20,199 bases of DNA, taken from contig BTVY01000078.1 of the NCBI GenBank assembly GCA_045863335.1, positions 1-20,199 of the forward strand. The letters are read 5' to 3'. The number at the start of each line of letters is the position of its first letter. Positions within the stretch are counted from its first letter, which is position 1. Both the position numbers and the translations under genes were made by a program. The notes below the pieces were generated by a model. The model saw nothing but the letters and a program-made list of their open reading frames with translations. It was not told the DNA's origin and ran no database searches. This document shows positions 1 to 9,317 of the stretch, piece after piece. The DNA comes from Candidatus Hydrogenedentota bacterium (lineage in GTDB: Bacteria; Hydrogenedentota; Hydrogenedentia; Hydrogenedentales; SLHB01).

Positions 1-54
1 TGCTTGGGAAAGCTACCCGAGCCCGAATTGGTGCACAGATTCTTGTGAGGAGCC
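1..54. mobile_element. Probable terminus of an IS/MITE-like repeat element (23-bp terminal inverted repeat at 32-54)
   Basis: TGCACAGATTCTTGTGAGGAGCC at 32-54 is the exact reverse complement of 20146-20168. Both copies have their inner edge 54 bp from the window end. No transposase is in the window. Confidence 0.6.
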
Positions 55-60
55 TGATTT

Positions 61-1140
61 TTAGACGAAACTCTTGTGGTTGATGTAGTACTGGTTCTGG
101 ATGTCGTGGGGGAGCTGCTCGATGCGTGTGGAGCCGAAGCCCGCGTCGCGCAGCATCTGCAGCGCCAGTTCCTCGCCCCACATGGTGCCGAGGCCTTCGC
201 CGCCGTACGCGAGCGACACGGTCATGCAGTGCATGCAGGAAACCGTGTACAGCAAGGGCCCGATGGGGTGTTCCGTGTTGCCGTGCACGTGGCTGCACGC
301 ACGAATGTCCTGCATGAGATAGACGCCGTCCTCTCGCAAGGCGCGGTGGATGTTGGACAACACGACGCCGGGCTTCGCCTGATCGTGAATTGCGTCGAAG
401 GTCACGATCAGGTCGTAGGCGTCCGTCTCTTCGATGGTGGCGGCGTCCTGCACTTCGAAGCGGATATTCTTGAGGCCGTATTCGGCGGCCTTGGCGCGCG
501 CGCGGGTGATGCCTTCCTTCGAGAAGTCGTACCCCGTGAAGCGGCTGTTGGGGAAGGTGCGCGCGAGAAGATTCAGCGCCAGCCCCACACCGCAGCCCAC
601 GTCGAGCACGTCGATGCCTTCGAACAAGCGCTCCTTCAGGCCCGGTACTAGCGGAATTATTTCGTCCAGCAATGCGGGCAACACACTCTGGCCGCTGTCC
701 TCCGCCATGATGTCGTGGAAGCGTTTGAACTTCTCGTAGGGCACGCCGCCGCCGTTGTGGAAACACTCGACGACGTCGTCCTCGACCGCGCCGAGCTGGC
801 CGAAGTACTGGCACAAGGCGGCGAGGTTGTTGGCCGCGGCGGCGCGCGTCAAGAAGCCCGCATGCTCGCGCGGCAGCCAGTAGGTTTCCGTGTCCTTTTC
901 GTACTCGACGACGCCGCCGGTGTACATGGCGCCGAGCCATTCTCGGACGTACCGTTCATTCAGGCGCGCGGCTTCCGCAATCTCGCGCGAAGTCGAAGGC
1001 GGCAGCGTCGCCAGCGTGTCGAACAACCCCGTGCGGTGGCCGATGGAGGTCATCAATCCGAGCGCGCTGAGGTTCATCATATCGACAACTTTGGTTTCGA
1101 ATGCGTCCACTTTTTTCTGGTCCAGTGCGATGGCTTCCAT
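61..1140 (-). CDS. Class I SAM-dependent methyltransferase with N-terminal winged-helix domain (Rv2258c-like), 359 aa
   Basis: N-terminal HTH segment (GLFDTLA...TSREIAEAARLNERYVREWL), SAM motif I DVLDVGCGVG, YDLIVTFDAIHD, C-terminal SCMHCMTVSLAYGGEGLG; GGGAG RBS upstream of the ATG. Confidence 0.9.
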   Translation of the reverse strand: MEAIALDQKKVDAFETKVVDMMNLSALGLMTSIGHRTGLFDTLATLPPSTSREIAEAARLNERYVREWLGAMYTGGVVEYEKDTETYWLPREHAGFLTRAAAANNLAALCQYFGQLGAVEDDVVECFHNGGGVPYEKFKRFHDIMAEDSGQSVLPALLDEIIPLVPGLKERLFEGIDVLDVGCGVGLALNLLARTFPNSRFTGYDFSKEGITRARAKAAEYGLKNIRFEVQDAATIEETDAYDLIVTFDAIHDQAKPGVVLSNIHRALREDGVYLMQDIRACSHVHGNTEHPIGPLLYTVSCMHCMTVSLAYGGEGLGTMWGEELALQMLRDAGFGSTRIEQLPHDIQNQYYINHKSFV

Positions 1141-1257
1141 GGTTGCTCTCCCTTACCGTAGGTGTTTGCCATTTCCCTTGCAGCGCGGCCACTACGCAGT
1201 AGCTGTCGCGACCGTGATACCTGAACTGTACGGCGAAACGGGGAAACCAACAATGGC

Positions 1258-1295
1258 TGAACTACCGTATTTGGTGGGGATGGACTACCGTAATT
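1258..1295. promoter_or_regulatory. Tandem direct repeat, candidate operator upstream of the methyltransferase
   Basis: TGAACTACCGTATTT (1258-1272) and TGGACTACCGTAATT (1281-1295): 13/15 identical with a 23-bp period, lying between the LuxR regulator and the methyltransferase. Confidence 0.5.
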
Positions 1296-1354
1296 AACCT
1301 TCGCGATTAGGCACGCGATGTTCGCTAACGCAATCTGCAACAAAGGGTTGTGAG

Positions 1355-4240
1355 TCAAACCGAACTCAGTCCCAGTTCGGCGATACGGCGGGCGGCTTCG
1401 GTGCGGCTGCGGCAGTCGAGGCGGTCGAGGATGTGGGCAACGTGCATGTCGACGGTGCGCGGGCTGACGAAAAGTTTCTCGGCGATTTCCTTGTTGGTCA
1501 GCCCGTCGGCGAGGAGCCGCGCGACGTCGGTCTGGCGTTTCGTCAAGGCGATGTCGGAGGACTCGGCTGACTTCGAGCGGCGGCGCTCTTCCGCGGGTTC
1601 GCCAAGATCGTTCAGGTCGGCACCGATTCGGGAAGAGAGGGCACGCGCGCCGAGTTTCCGCATGGCGCGGTAGGCATTGCGCAAGTGCCCGACCGCTTCC
1701 TCCTTCGCGCCAGCCTGGGCCAGCGCCGCACCCGCACGCCACTCCGCGCGCGCGCGTTCGACGGGCACTTCGAGGGGCTCGAATCGCGTCGCGGCCTGTT
1801 TAAAATGATCCGCCGCTTCCTGGTACTTGCCGTCAACCATGGCGCGTTCGCCGAGCACGAACGCAAGCGCGGCAACCGCTTCCCGATGCCCCGAAGTGGT
1901 GGCCATTGTGGACAGCGCATTGGCGCAGATGGTCACATCGTCGGCGAGTTCCCGGCTGGCAAAAAACGTGGCCGCCGCGCAAAAGCCGGGGATCGCATCG
2001 TGATAGTCCTCCGTTTGCTCCCACATGCGGATGAACCGGCGGTAGGCATTGGCGGCTTCGTCGAGTTCGCCACTGGTCTCGTGGGCAAATGCGGCGAACC
2101 AAATTGTAAGAAACTCTCCGATAACGCCACCGAGAGCCTGAACGCCCGCGTTGGATTCTGCGATCATCTTCTTCGCGGGTTTCAGTTCGCCGCGATAGGC
2201 CTTGATCATCCCCATGACGCCTTTCGCCACAGCGTCGGGATACGGGATGCCCTCTTCGAGTTGCATGATCTCTTTGCAAAGATCGAGGCTTTGCCGCCAC
2301 TTGCCAGCCCGGAAAAGGACATACGACATGCAACCCATGCAGAGGTTGGTGTGGACGTTTTCGTTGCGGTCGCGGCAGTAATTTAGCGCGGTTGTGTAAG
2401 CCTCGCGCGCCGTGGCGAATTCGGAGCTGTATTCCGCGACGCCGGCAGCGTACCGGTACATCTCCGCGACCAGGTTGGGGGCGTTGAGACTTAAGGCGGT
2501 GGTCAGCGCGTCGTGGGCCAATGGGCGCGCGTCCTCAATCTGACCGAGCATGGCCGTTGCGTAGGCGAGAATGCCCTTGGCGCGGGCCTGGAGATCGGGA
2601 CGTTGCGCGTCGTCCGCGAGTTGGAGCGCCTCACGGGCCGTTTCAGTCGCGGGAGTGGGTTGGGCATTGATGATGTAACGCTCCGTCCGTTCCAACAACT
2701 CTATGACGGCCTCGGCTGGTAGGCCGGCTTCCTGGAAGGCGCGTGCGGCGTGGAACCGCGTATCGATTGCCTGCGCGTTCTCGCCGCGCAGTTCGTGCAG
2801 GGTCGCGATCGCGCGCAGTGCGCGCGCGCGGCGCAACGGGCCGGTTTGGACGGCAGGACTTTGGGTGTAGCGCTCCCAAACTTGAATCGCTTCGGCAATC
2901 AAGCCGACCGTTTGCGCGCAAGTCGCCTGTCGTTCCAGTGCGGCGGAGCGATTCTCCTCGGACTCGCCAACGGGCCAGGTCTCGAGCGCGCGTTCGTAGT
3001 TCCGGTACGCATCGCGGTATGCGTGGATGCCGTAGGAGCGGTCGGCGGCCGCGAGAAACGCCCGGCGCGCCCGATCCAATTCCGATGCTGCGGTCCAGTG
3101 ATGTGCAATTTGTTCCTGGGGTGCGTCCCGGCCTTCGAGCAGTTCGGCGACTTCGCGATGCAGCCTTCGACGGTCGGACCAGGGGACTTCCTCGAGTATT
3201 GCCTCGCGTGTCAACGTGTGGCGGAATGCACAGCGGCCGGGGAGCACTTCGGCGATAAACCCTGCATCCAGCAATTCACCTAATCCATCGTCGCCCGAGA
3301 CAATTTGCTTAAGGAAATCCGAATCGAATTCGTCGCCGATGACCGCTGCGACAGAAAGTTGAGCGCGCGCGTTTCCGGAAAGACGTTCGAGGCGGAGAGC
3401 GACCATATCTCGAATGGAAGCGGGAACGGGAACGGTACTATCCGGCACGGGCTCGAAACCGTGTTTGCCCTGCCGAATGAACGAACCCAGTTCCAGCGCG
3501 TCCGCCAGTTCCTCTATATAAAGCGGTAATCCGCGGGTTCGCTGAAACACCATTGTCCGCAGCGTCTGGTCGACGCTGCCGCCCAACCGTGCCGACAGGA
3601 GATCGCCGGTTTCATCTTCCGAAAGAGGCTCGACTGGGATCTCGCGGAGCATGCGCAGACGAAGCAACTCGCCCTTGAGCCGTCGGATGGGATGCCCGCG
3701 CCCGATCTCCTCGTCGCGATAGGTTCCGATCAGGACAAACGGATCGCCCTGAAGCCGCTCCGCGAGAATCGGCAGCAAATCCACGGTGGATTCATCGGCC
3801 CAATGCAGGTCGTCAAGAAGGAGCGCCATGGGATGCGATTGCGCTTTGGCCGCGAGGGCCGTCGCGATTGCCTCGACCAGAACGGCAGGATCCGCCAACT
3901 CCGGGACGGGTTGTTCCAACTCCGGCAGGAGAATTCCCAAGTATTTGGAAAGCGGACCGCACTCGTGAACATCCCCGCCGGCCTGGCGGAGGCAGTCACG
4001 TAGCGCGGCCGCGATAGGGCCGTAGGCCGCAGTGCCCCGTTCAATGGCACGGCCCCGGTACACGTTGAAGCCGCATTCCGAAAGCGAGTTGAGGGCGAGA
4101 TTGGTTTTTCCAACGCCCGGCTCGCCGGACAACAGAACTACCTGTCCCCCGCCCTTTGAGGCCGCGGTCAACAGCCGGTGGAACTGGGCACGCTCCTTGG
4201 CGTGCCCGATGATGCGTGACGCCTTGCACATGATACCCAT
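1355..4240 (-). CDS. Large ATP-binding LuxR-family transcriptional regulator (AAA_16/STAND ATPase, TPR-like repeats, C-terminal LuxR HTH)
   Basis: Walker A GEPGVGKT, Walker B LLLDDLHWAD, helical repeat middle, C-terminal LTKRQTDVARLLADGLTNKEIAEKLFVSPRTVDMHVAHILDRL. Start placed at ATG 4240 (alternative 4231) because the ORF-track start at 4405 overlaps the divergent gene. Confidence 0.9.
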   Translation of the reverse strand: MGIMCKASRIIGHAKERAQFHRLLTAASKGGGQVVLLSGEPGVGKTNLALNSLSECGFNVYRGRAIERGTAAYGPIAAALRDCLRQAGGDVHECGPLSKYLGILLPELEQPVPELADPAVLVEAIATALAAKAQSHPMALLLDDLHWADESTVDLLPILAERLQGDPFVLIGTYRDEEIGRGHPIRRLKGELLRLRMLREIPVEPLSEDETGDLLSARLGGSVDQTLRTMVFQRTRGLPLYIEELADALELGSFIRQGKHGFEPVPDSTVPVPASIRDMVALRLERLSGNARAQLSVAAVIGDEFDSDFLKQIVSGDDGLGELLDAGFIAEVLPGRCAFRHTLTREAILEEVPWSDRRRLHREVAELLEGRDAPQEQIAHHWTAASELDRARRAFLAAADRSYGIHAYRDAYRNYERALETWPVGESEENRSAALERQATCAQTVGLIAEAIQVWERYTQSPAVQTGPLRRARALRAIATLHELRGENAQAIDTRFHAARAFQEAGLPAEAVIELLERTERYIINAQPTPATETAREALQLADDAQRPDLQARAKGILAYATAMLGQIEDARPLAHDALTTALSLNAPNLVAEMYRYAAGVAEYSSEFATAREAYTTALNYCRDRNENVHTNLCMGCMSYVLFRAGKWRQSLDLCKEIMQLEEGIPYPDAVAKGVMGMIKAYRGELKPAKKMIAESNAGVQALGGVIGEFLTIWFAAFAHETSGELDEAANAYRRFIRMWEQTEDYHDAIPGFCAAATFFASRELADDVTICANALSTMATTSGHREAVAALAFVLGERAMVDGKYQEAADHFKQAATRFEPLEVPVERARAEWRAGAALAQAGAKEEAVGHLRNAYRAMRKLGARALSSRIGADLNDLGEPAEERRRSKSAESSDIALTKRQTDVARLLADGLTNKEIAEKLFVSPRTVDMHVAHILDRLDCRSRTEAARRIAELGLSSV

Positions 4241-4383
4241 AAGGGTAATATCAAGCCGGTTGTGATGTCCATGGTCCCAGCCGCGAAAGGCGGCGGTGGA
4301 CGTATTCGTTGCCTGGAACCATTTTGTCTTTATACTGAATACACCAAGGCGCGATGGACTGTATCGAGGAGAGGATGGAAGGG

Positions 4384-5877
4384 ATGTCTGCGGTATCGAA
4401 TTCACCCAACGAGGTCATCCTCGTCACGGGAGCGTCGGGTTATATTGGGGGCCGTCTTGCAACGCGATTGGAGGAGACGGGATATCGCGTCCGGTGCATG
4501 GCTCGGCGTCCGGCTGAACTGGAGGGACGTTTCCACGGCGATACCGAGATTGTCTTCGGAGACGTCAGCGATGCTGAGTCCCTCGGGAAAGCTTTGGAAG
4601 GCGTGTCGGTCGCGTACTATCTCGTCCATGCGCTGGGGGCTCGCGGGGATTTCGAATCGATGGAAACGCAGGCCGCGCGGAATTTTTCGGCTGCGGCAGA
4701 GGCGGCAGGGGTCGCGCTGATTGTTTATCTGGGAGGACTGGCGAGTGATTCGCCGGACCGTTCCGCGCACATGCGAAGCCGGCACGCCGTGGGCGAGATC
4801 CTGCGGGAGTCGTCCATACCCGTCGTCGAATTTCGCGCGTCGATCGTGATCGGCGCGGGAAGCTTGTCCTTCGAACTGGTCCGCGCGCTGGTGCGGCGAT
4901 TACCCGTCATGATTACACCGCGCTGGGTGCAGGTGAAGGCGCAGCCCATTGCCATTCGAGATGTGCTCGATTATCTGACGGAAGCGATCACCCTGGATCG
5001 GGAGCGAAGCCGGATCTACGAGATCGGGGGTGCGGACGCGCTATCGTACCTGGATTTGATGCGTGCCTACGCGACGCACCGCGGGTTGCGCCGGTTGTTC
5101 ATCAAGGTTCCGGTATTGACACCGTGGCTATCCAGTCTGTGGTTGAGTTTGGTTACGCCGTTGTTCGCGCAGGTCGGCCGCAAGCTCATCGACAGCATTT
5201 GTGTGGCCAGCGTGGTGCGCGATGAATCGGCGTTGCGTGATTTCTCCGTGAAACCCATGGGGGTTGCCGAAGCGATCGCGGAAGCACATCGCGAAGAAGA
5301 CGAGGCTTTCGTGCAGACCCATTGGGCGGACGCGCTTTCTACCATACCGGAAAAACGCAATTGGGGCGGGGTCCGGTTCGGTTCGCGCATTGTCGATTCG
5401 CGAACTGTGACGGTCGACACCGATCCGGCTACCGCATTTGCACCCATCCAGCGCATCGGTGGCCGGACTGGATGGTACTACGGCAATTGGCTCTGGCAAC
5501 TTCGAGGGCTGTTGGATCGCGCGGCAGGCGGCGTGGGGATGCACCGGGGCCGGCGCGACGCAACCGATCTGCGTGTGGGCGATGTGGTGGACTGCTGGCG
5601 CGTGGAGGCGATTGAACCCGACTCGCGGTTGCTGTTGTCGGCGGAGATGAAACTGCCGGGCCGCGCATGGCTGCAATTCGAGGTAAGGCCAGATGGAGGA
5701 TCGACCGTCATCCGGCAAACGGCCACGTACGATCCCGTCGGGCTACTGGGCTTGGCCTATTGGTACGTTCTCTACCCGATTCACGAATTTGTTTTCGCCG
5801 GCATGTTGCGAGGGATCGCCAAAGCGGCAGGCAATCCGCACGAACATCCAAGGAATGAGGAGGAGACCGATCGGTAG
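4384..5877 (+). CDS. NAD(P)-binding SDR-family oxidoreductase with C-terminal DUF2867 (YbjT-like)
   Basis: Rossmann motif ILVTGASGYIGG, AYYLVH, atypical SDR segment SAHMRSRHAVG, C-terminal IGGRTGWYYGNWLWQLRG...AEMKLPGRAWL. Purine-rich RBS before ATG 4384 (alternative 4375). Confidence 0.88.
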   Translation: MSAVSNSPNEVILVTGASGYIGGRLATRLEETGYRVRCMARRPAELEGRFHGDTEIVFGDVSDAESLGKALEGVSVAYYLVHALGARGDFESMETQAARNFSAAAEAAGVALIVYLGGLASDSPDRSAHMRSRHAVGEILRESSIPVVEFRASIVIGAGSLSFELVRALVRRLPVMITPRWVQVKAQPIAIRDVLDYLTEAITLDRERSRIYEIGGADALSYLDLMRAYATHRGLRRLFIKVPVLTPWLSSLWLSLVTPLFAQVGRKLIDSICVASVVRDESALRDFSVKPMGVAEAIAEAHREEDEAFVQTHWADALSTIPEKRNWGGVRFGSRIVDSRTVTVDTDPATAFAPIQRIGGRTGWYYGNWLWQLRGLLDRAAGGVGMHRGRRDATDLRVGDVVDCWRVEAIEPDSRLLLSAEMKLPGRAWLQFEVRPDGGSTVIRQTATYDPVGLLGLAYWYVLYPIHEFVFAGMLRGIAKAAGNPHEHPRNEEETDR

Positions 5878-5890
5878 AACGGTCTCCTCC
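5859..5890. terminator. Stem-loop between convergent genes (possible bidirectional terminator)
   Basis: GGAGGAGACCG (5859-5869) / CGGTCTCCTCC (5880-5890), perfect 11-bp stem; no clear U-tract. Confidence 0.45.
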
Positions 5891-5909
5891 GAAACAATCG
5901 CGTGATCCG

Positions 5910-7100
5910 CTACGCCGCAACCATTCCGTGCGGATCGATGACGAACTTCTTCGCGGCGCCTTTGTCGAAGTCTTTGTATCCCTTCGGGGCATCGTCGAGG
6001 GAGATCATGGTCACGTTGACCGCCTTGGCGATCTCGATCTTGTCGTGGAGGATGCACTGCATCAACTGGCGGTGGTACCGCATGACGGGGCACTGTCCTG
6101 TCGTAAAGCAGTGGGACTTGGCCCAACCGAGCCCGATGCGGATGCCGAGCATGCCGATCTTGGCCTTCTCGTCGATGGCGCCGGGATCGCCGGTCACGTA
6201 GAGTCCTGGGATGCCGATCGCGCCGCCGGCACGGGTGACTTCCATGGCGGCGTTCAGCACGGTCGCGGGATGTTCAGTCGAATGATCGCTGCCGTGACCG
6301 CGGGCTTCGAATCCGACGCAGTCCACGGCCGCGTCGACTTCCGGCACGCCGATGATTTGTTCGATCTGTTCCGCGAGTGTGGCGCTCTTCTTCAAGTCGA
6401 CCACTTCGCAGCCGAAACTTTTGGCCTGAGCGAGACGCTCATCGATCATGTCGCCGACTATGACGCAGGCTGCGCCGAGTAGATGACAGGATGCCGCGCT
6501 GGCCAAGCCGACGGGGCCGGCGCCCGCGACGTAGACAATGGTGCCGGGCCCGACACCGGCGGTGACAGCGCCGTGGTACCCCGTGGGGAAGATGTCGGAT
6601 AGAAGGGTCAGGTCCTTAATCTTCGCCATGGCCTGATCTTTGTCGGGGAACTTCAGCAGATTGAAATCCGCATAGGGCACCAACACGTACTCGGCCTGGC
6701 CGCCGACCCAGCCGCCCATGTCGACGTAGCCGTAGGCCGCGCCGGGGCGCGCGGGATTGACGTTGAGGCAGATGCCGGTCTTGCCTTCCTTGCAGTTGCG
6801 GCACCGGCCGCAGGCGATGTTGAAGGGAACGGAAACAATGTCGCCCTTGGAAAGGAACTCGACGTCGCGCCCGGCTTCGACGATCTCGCCCGTGATCTCA
6901 TGGCCGAGTACGAGGCCTTCCGGGGCGGTGGTTCGACCGCGGACCATGTGCTGGTCGCTGCCGCAGATGTTGGTGGAGATGATTTTCAGGATGACGCCGT
7001 GTTCGCACTTGCGATTGCCGAGCGCCAGCTTGGGGTAGTCGATGTTTTGGACTTCCACGACTCCCGGTTTGATGTATGCAACCCCTCGATTACCTGCCAT
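5910..7100 (-). CDS. fdhA: Glutathione-independent formaldehyde dehydrogenase (zinc MDR family, P. putida FdhA type)
   Basis: TNICGSDQHMVRGRT, GHEITG, structural Zn CGRCRNCKEGKTGIC, LSDIFPTGYHG, GAGPVG, C-terminal GYKDFDKGAAKKFVIDPHG; GGAGG RBS. Confidence 0.93.
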   Translation of the reverse strand: MAGNRGVAYIKPGVVEVQNIDYPKLALGNRKCEHGVILKIISTNICGSDQHMVRGRTTAPEGLVLGHEITGEIVEAGRDVEFLSKGDIVSVPFNIACGRCRNCKEGKTGICLNVNPARPGAAYGYVDMGGWVGGQAEYVLVPYADFNLLKFPDKDQAMAKIKDLTLLSDIFPTGYHGAVTAGVGPGTIVYVAGAGPVGLASAASCHLLGAACVIVGDMIDERLAQAKSFGCEVVDLKKSATLAEQIEQIIGVPEVDAAVDCVGFEARGHGSDHSTEHPATVLNAAMEVTRAGGAIGIPGLYVTGDPGAIDEKAKIGMLGIRIGLGWAKSHCFTTGQCPVMRYHRQLMQCILHDKIEIAKAVNVTMISLDDAPKGYKDFDKGAAKKFVIDPHGMVAA

Positions 7101-7340
7101 GATTCTGCCTCCTCTGCACTACTCGTTGCCGATGTTGCCCGGAACACACGACCCCGCATGCGCGGGGATACCACTTCCATCGCTGTACAGCCTGGCGAGA
7201 GAATTCGATAGAGAACAGATATTGTCGTCGCAGCACTGATGCGACGATAGCCTTGCGAGGCCCATTGTATGCCGACGGCGGGGATGCGTCAACACGGTCG
7301 GCAGGAGGCATAAAGGCGGATGCACCGGAGGTTGTGCTCA

Positions 7341-7408
7341 GACTCGGGATCGAAATCGGGATCGCAGATCGATACCGATGCCGATAGCGATCCCGATTTT
7401 CCCGAGTC
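7341..7408. repeat. Long imperfect palindrome built from ATCG/CGAT-containing hexamers (REP-like hairpin or terminator after hmuS)
   Basis: Outer stem GACTCGGGA (7341-7349)/TCCCGAGTC (7400-7408); inner perfect 13-bp stem AAATCGGGATCGC (7353-7365)/GCGATCCCGATTT (7387-7399). Confidence 0.65.
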
Positions 7409-7425
7409 CGGGCAGAGACGATTTG

Positions 7426-8490
7426 TTACAGCCGGTGTTCGCGTTCGAGTTCGTTGCAGAGGTTGGTCCACTGCTCGAGTTCGGGGATACCGGGTTTGCG
7501 CTTGCCGAAGATGATGGCGAGGTCGCGGCCGCCGGCGTCGAAGAGTTCAATTCCGGTGACGACGCCGTCTTTCGTGGGCTTGCGCGTGAGCCACGCTTCG
7601 CTCACACCTTCTTCGCGGAGGTGCAGATTGAAGTCGGAGTCCATGATGTTAAACCAGCCGGGCTCGTCGAACAGACGCGCAATGGGGCCGGTGTGAATCT
7701 GGATGCAGCCGTGATTGCCGACGAATACCATGATGGGGAGTTCGGTCTCGGCGGCGCGGGTGAAGACGTTTCGATAGATGTCTTTCGCCATTGGGACGGC
7801 GTAGGGCTCACCGACGAGCCGGAACGCCTGCGTGCGGCCGGCCTTGAACTTCTTCAACATGGGATAGAAGTCGTGGGTGTCTTGCAGGTTTGCCCATGCG
7901 TCTCGCAATCCGCTCGCATCGATGGCTTCGTCGGGTTCGGTGGAAACCGCAATGATTACGGCGGAGACCGGCTGGTGCGGGTTCTGATTGACGGACCGGA
8001 ACGCACCGACGATGTCGTCGAAGGCATCCGCGGCTTCGTCACCGACGAAGACTTTGTGGATGTGGTGCCCCGCGGCGTCGAAGAATTGGATACTGCGTTT
8101 GTATCCCTTGCTTTCTGGGTTGTGCGCGGCGAAGGCCATGGACCAGTTCTTCATGAAGAGGCGGAGGTCGATGCCTTCGTCGAGCACGAGGCCGGTTTGA
8201 TCGTGGAAACTGACGGGGTGGTAGTTCCCCTTTCGCTCGTGGACGGTGTGCTCGTTGCGCGTGATGGTCATGACGCGGCCGAGATTCTTGAACTGCCTCA
8301 GCAGTTCCTGCCAGTCGCCGTCGAGACGCGTCACGCTGTCCCCGCATTCGACAGCGAGGAGTTCGGCTTCGCTAACGCCGAAGGCGTGGGCCGCATCGTG
8401 GCGAAAGGCGCGGCGATTTTCCGATTGGTATTCTTCCCAGCGGCGGCGAAGATCCGCCACCCGGTTGAATTCGTGTGTAGTCGCAGTCAT
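7426..8490 (-). CDS. hmuS: HemS/HmuS/ChuS-family heme-degrading or heme-trafficking protein, 354 aa
   Basis: DAAHAFGVSEAELLA, MTITRNEHTVHERKG, IDLRLF (conserved Arg), SIQFFDAAG..IHKVF, DTHDF (heme-ligand His), IMVFVGNHGCIQIHTG, FNLHLRE, FGKRKPG. AAGGAG RBS before ATG 8490; ATGA overlap with the hmuV stop. Confidence 0.92.
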   Translation of the reverse strand: MTATTHEFNRVADLRRRWEEYQSENRRAFRHDAAHAFGVSEAELLAVECGDSVTRLDGDWQELLRQFKNLGRVMTITRNEHTVHERKGNYHPVSFHDQTGLVLDEGIDLRLFMKNWSMAFAAHNPESKGYKRSIQFFDAAGHHIHKVFVGDEAADAFDDIVGAFRSVNQNPHQPVSAVIIAVSTEPDEAIDASGLRDAWANLQDTHDFYPMLKKFKAGRTQAFRLVGEPYAVPMAKDIYRNVFTRAAETELPIMVFVGNHGCIQIHTGPIARLFDEPGWFNIMDSDFNLHLREEGVSEAWLTRKPTKDGVVTGIELFDAGGRDLAIIFGKRKPGIPELEQWTNLCNELEREHRL

Positions 8491-9317
8491 AGCGTCGCTC
8501 CTTGATGTGAAGACGTTAGACCCCAAACGGGGGATTCTTTTGTGGTGGAATCTGCGGCCCCGACAGGCACGACCCAGGGGCACCCGGACGGGTGCCGCCA
8601 AATCACGCATTCGAGGCCGAAACAGGTCCGGATGTTTTCGGGAGTCAACACCGCCTCCGGATCGCCCGACGCTGCCAAGGCGCCGCCGTTCAAAAGCAGC
8701 ATGCGGTCGGCGTACGCGGAAGCGAGATTGAGGTCGTGCAGCACGGCCACGATGCATCCGCCTGCGTCAAGGAATCGCCGGCACCAGATCATGAGTTCGA
8801 TCTGGTGCAGGGCGTCGAGATGATTGGTCGGCTCATCGAGCAACAAGAGGCGAGGCTGTTGCGCCGCGACGCGGGCCATGTCGACGCGGCGTTTCTCGCC
8901 GCCCGAGAGGGTCGGGTAGGTCCGTTGCGCGAGTTCGGATACGCCCTGGCGACCCATGGCGTCGACGGCGATTCGGTGGTCGTTTTCGCTGAAAGCCCAA
9001 CCTCCGCGCCATGGCGTACGGCCCATGAGGGTCACCTCGTAGGCGGTGAAGGGAAACCCGGTGTTCATCTCCTGCGCGAGGCAGGCGCGAATGCGGGCGA
9101 GATCCTCAGTCGCCATCGATAAGACCGGCGTCTCTTCGAGGGTCACGGTACCGGAAGCCGGTTGCAGTTCGCCGGACAACATGCGGATCAGGGTGGACTT
9201 GCCGGAGCCGTTGGCACCCGCGATGACCCAGAACTCGCCGGGCTCGACGCGCATGGATACGTCGCGCACGAGCCACCGGCCTTCCACCCGATATCCCACG
9301 CGGTCGGCGCTAAGCAT
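8487..9317 (-). CDS. hmuV: Heme ABC transporter ATP-binding protein
   Basis: Walker A GANGSGKS, signature LSGGEKRRV, Walker B LLLLDEPTNHLD, H-loop VLHDLNLASAYAD. Start MLSADRV at ATG 9317 overlaps the end of the permease gene. Confidence 0.9.
   Translation of the reverse strand: MLSADRVGYRVEGRWLVRDVSMRVEPGEFWVIAGANGSGKSTLIRMLSGELQPASGTVTLEETPVLSMATEDLARIRACLAQEMNTGFPFTAYEVTLMGRTPWRGGWAFSENDHRIAVDAMGRQGVSELAQRTYPTLSGGEKRRVDMARVAAQQPRLLLLDEPTNHLDALHQIELMIWCRRFLDAGGCIVAVLHDLNLASAYADRMLLLNGGALAASGDPEAVLTPENIRTCFGLECVIWRHPSGCPWVVPVGAADSTTKESPVWGLTSSHQGATL

Noticed and set aside
4241-4405. N-terminal extension of the LuxR regulator ORF to 4405 (1016 aa)
   Set aside because: It overlaps the start of the divergent SDR gene and lies before the ATPase domain; ATG 4240 or 4231 fits better.
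7115-7132. Sigma-54-like motif upstream of fdhA (CGGCAACGAGTAGTGCA on the minus strand)
   Set aside because: GG-to-GC spacing is 11 rather than 10, and it lies too close to the RBS.
7378-8505. 375-aa + strand ORF and other long antisense ORFs (76-651, 1685-2386, 5928-6482, 9619-10359, 11095-11841, 15565-16311, 17483-18520)
   Set aside because: These are shadow frames opposite well-supported genes in high-GC DNA, with no recognisable motifs.
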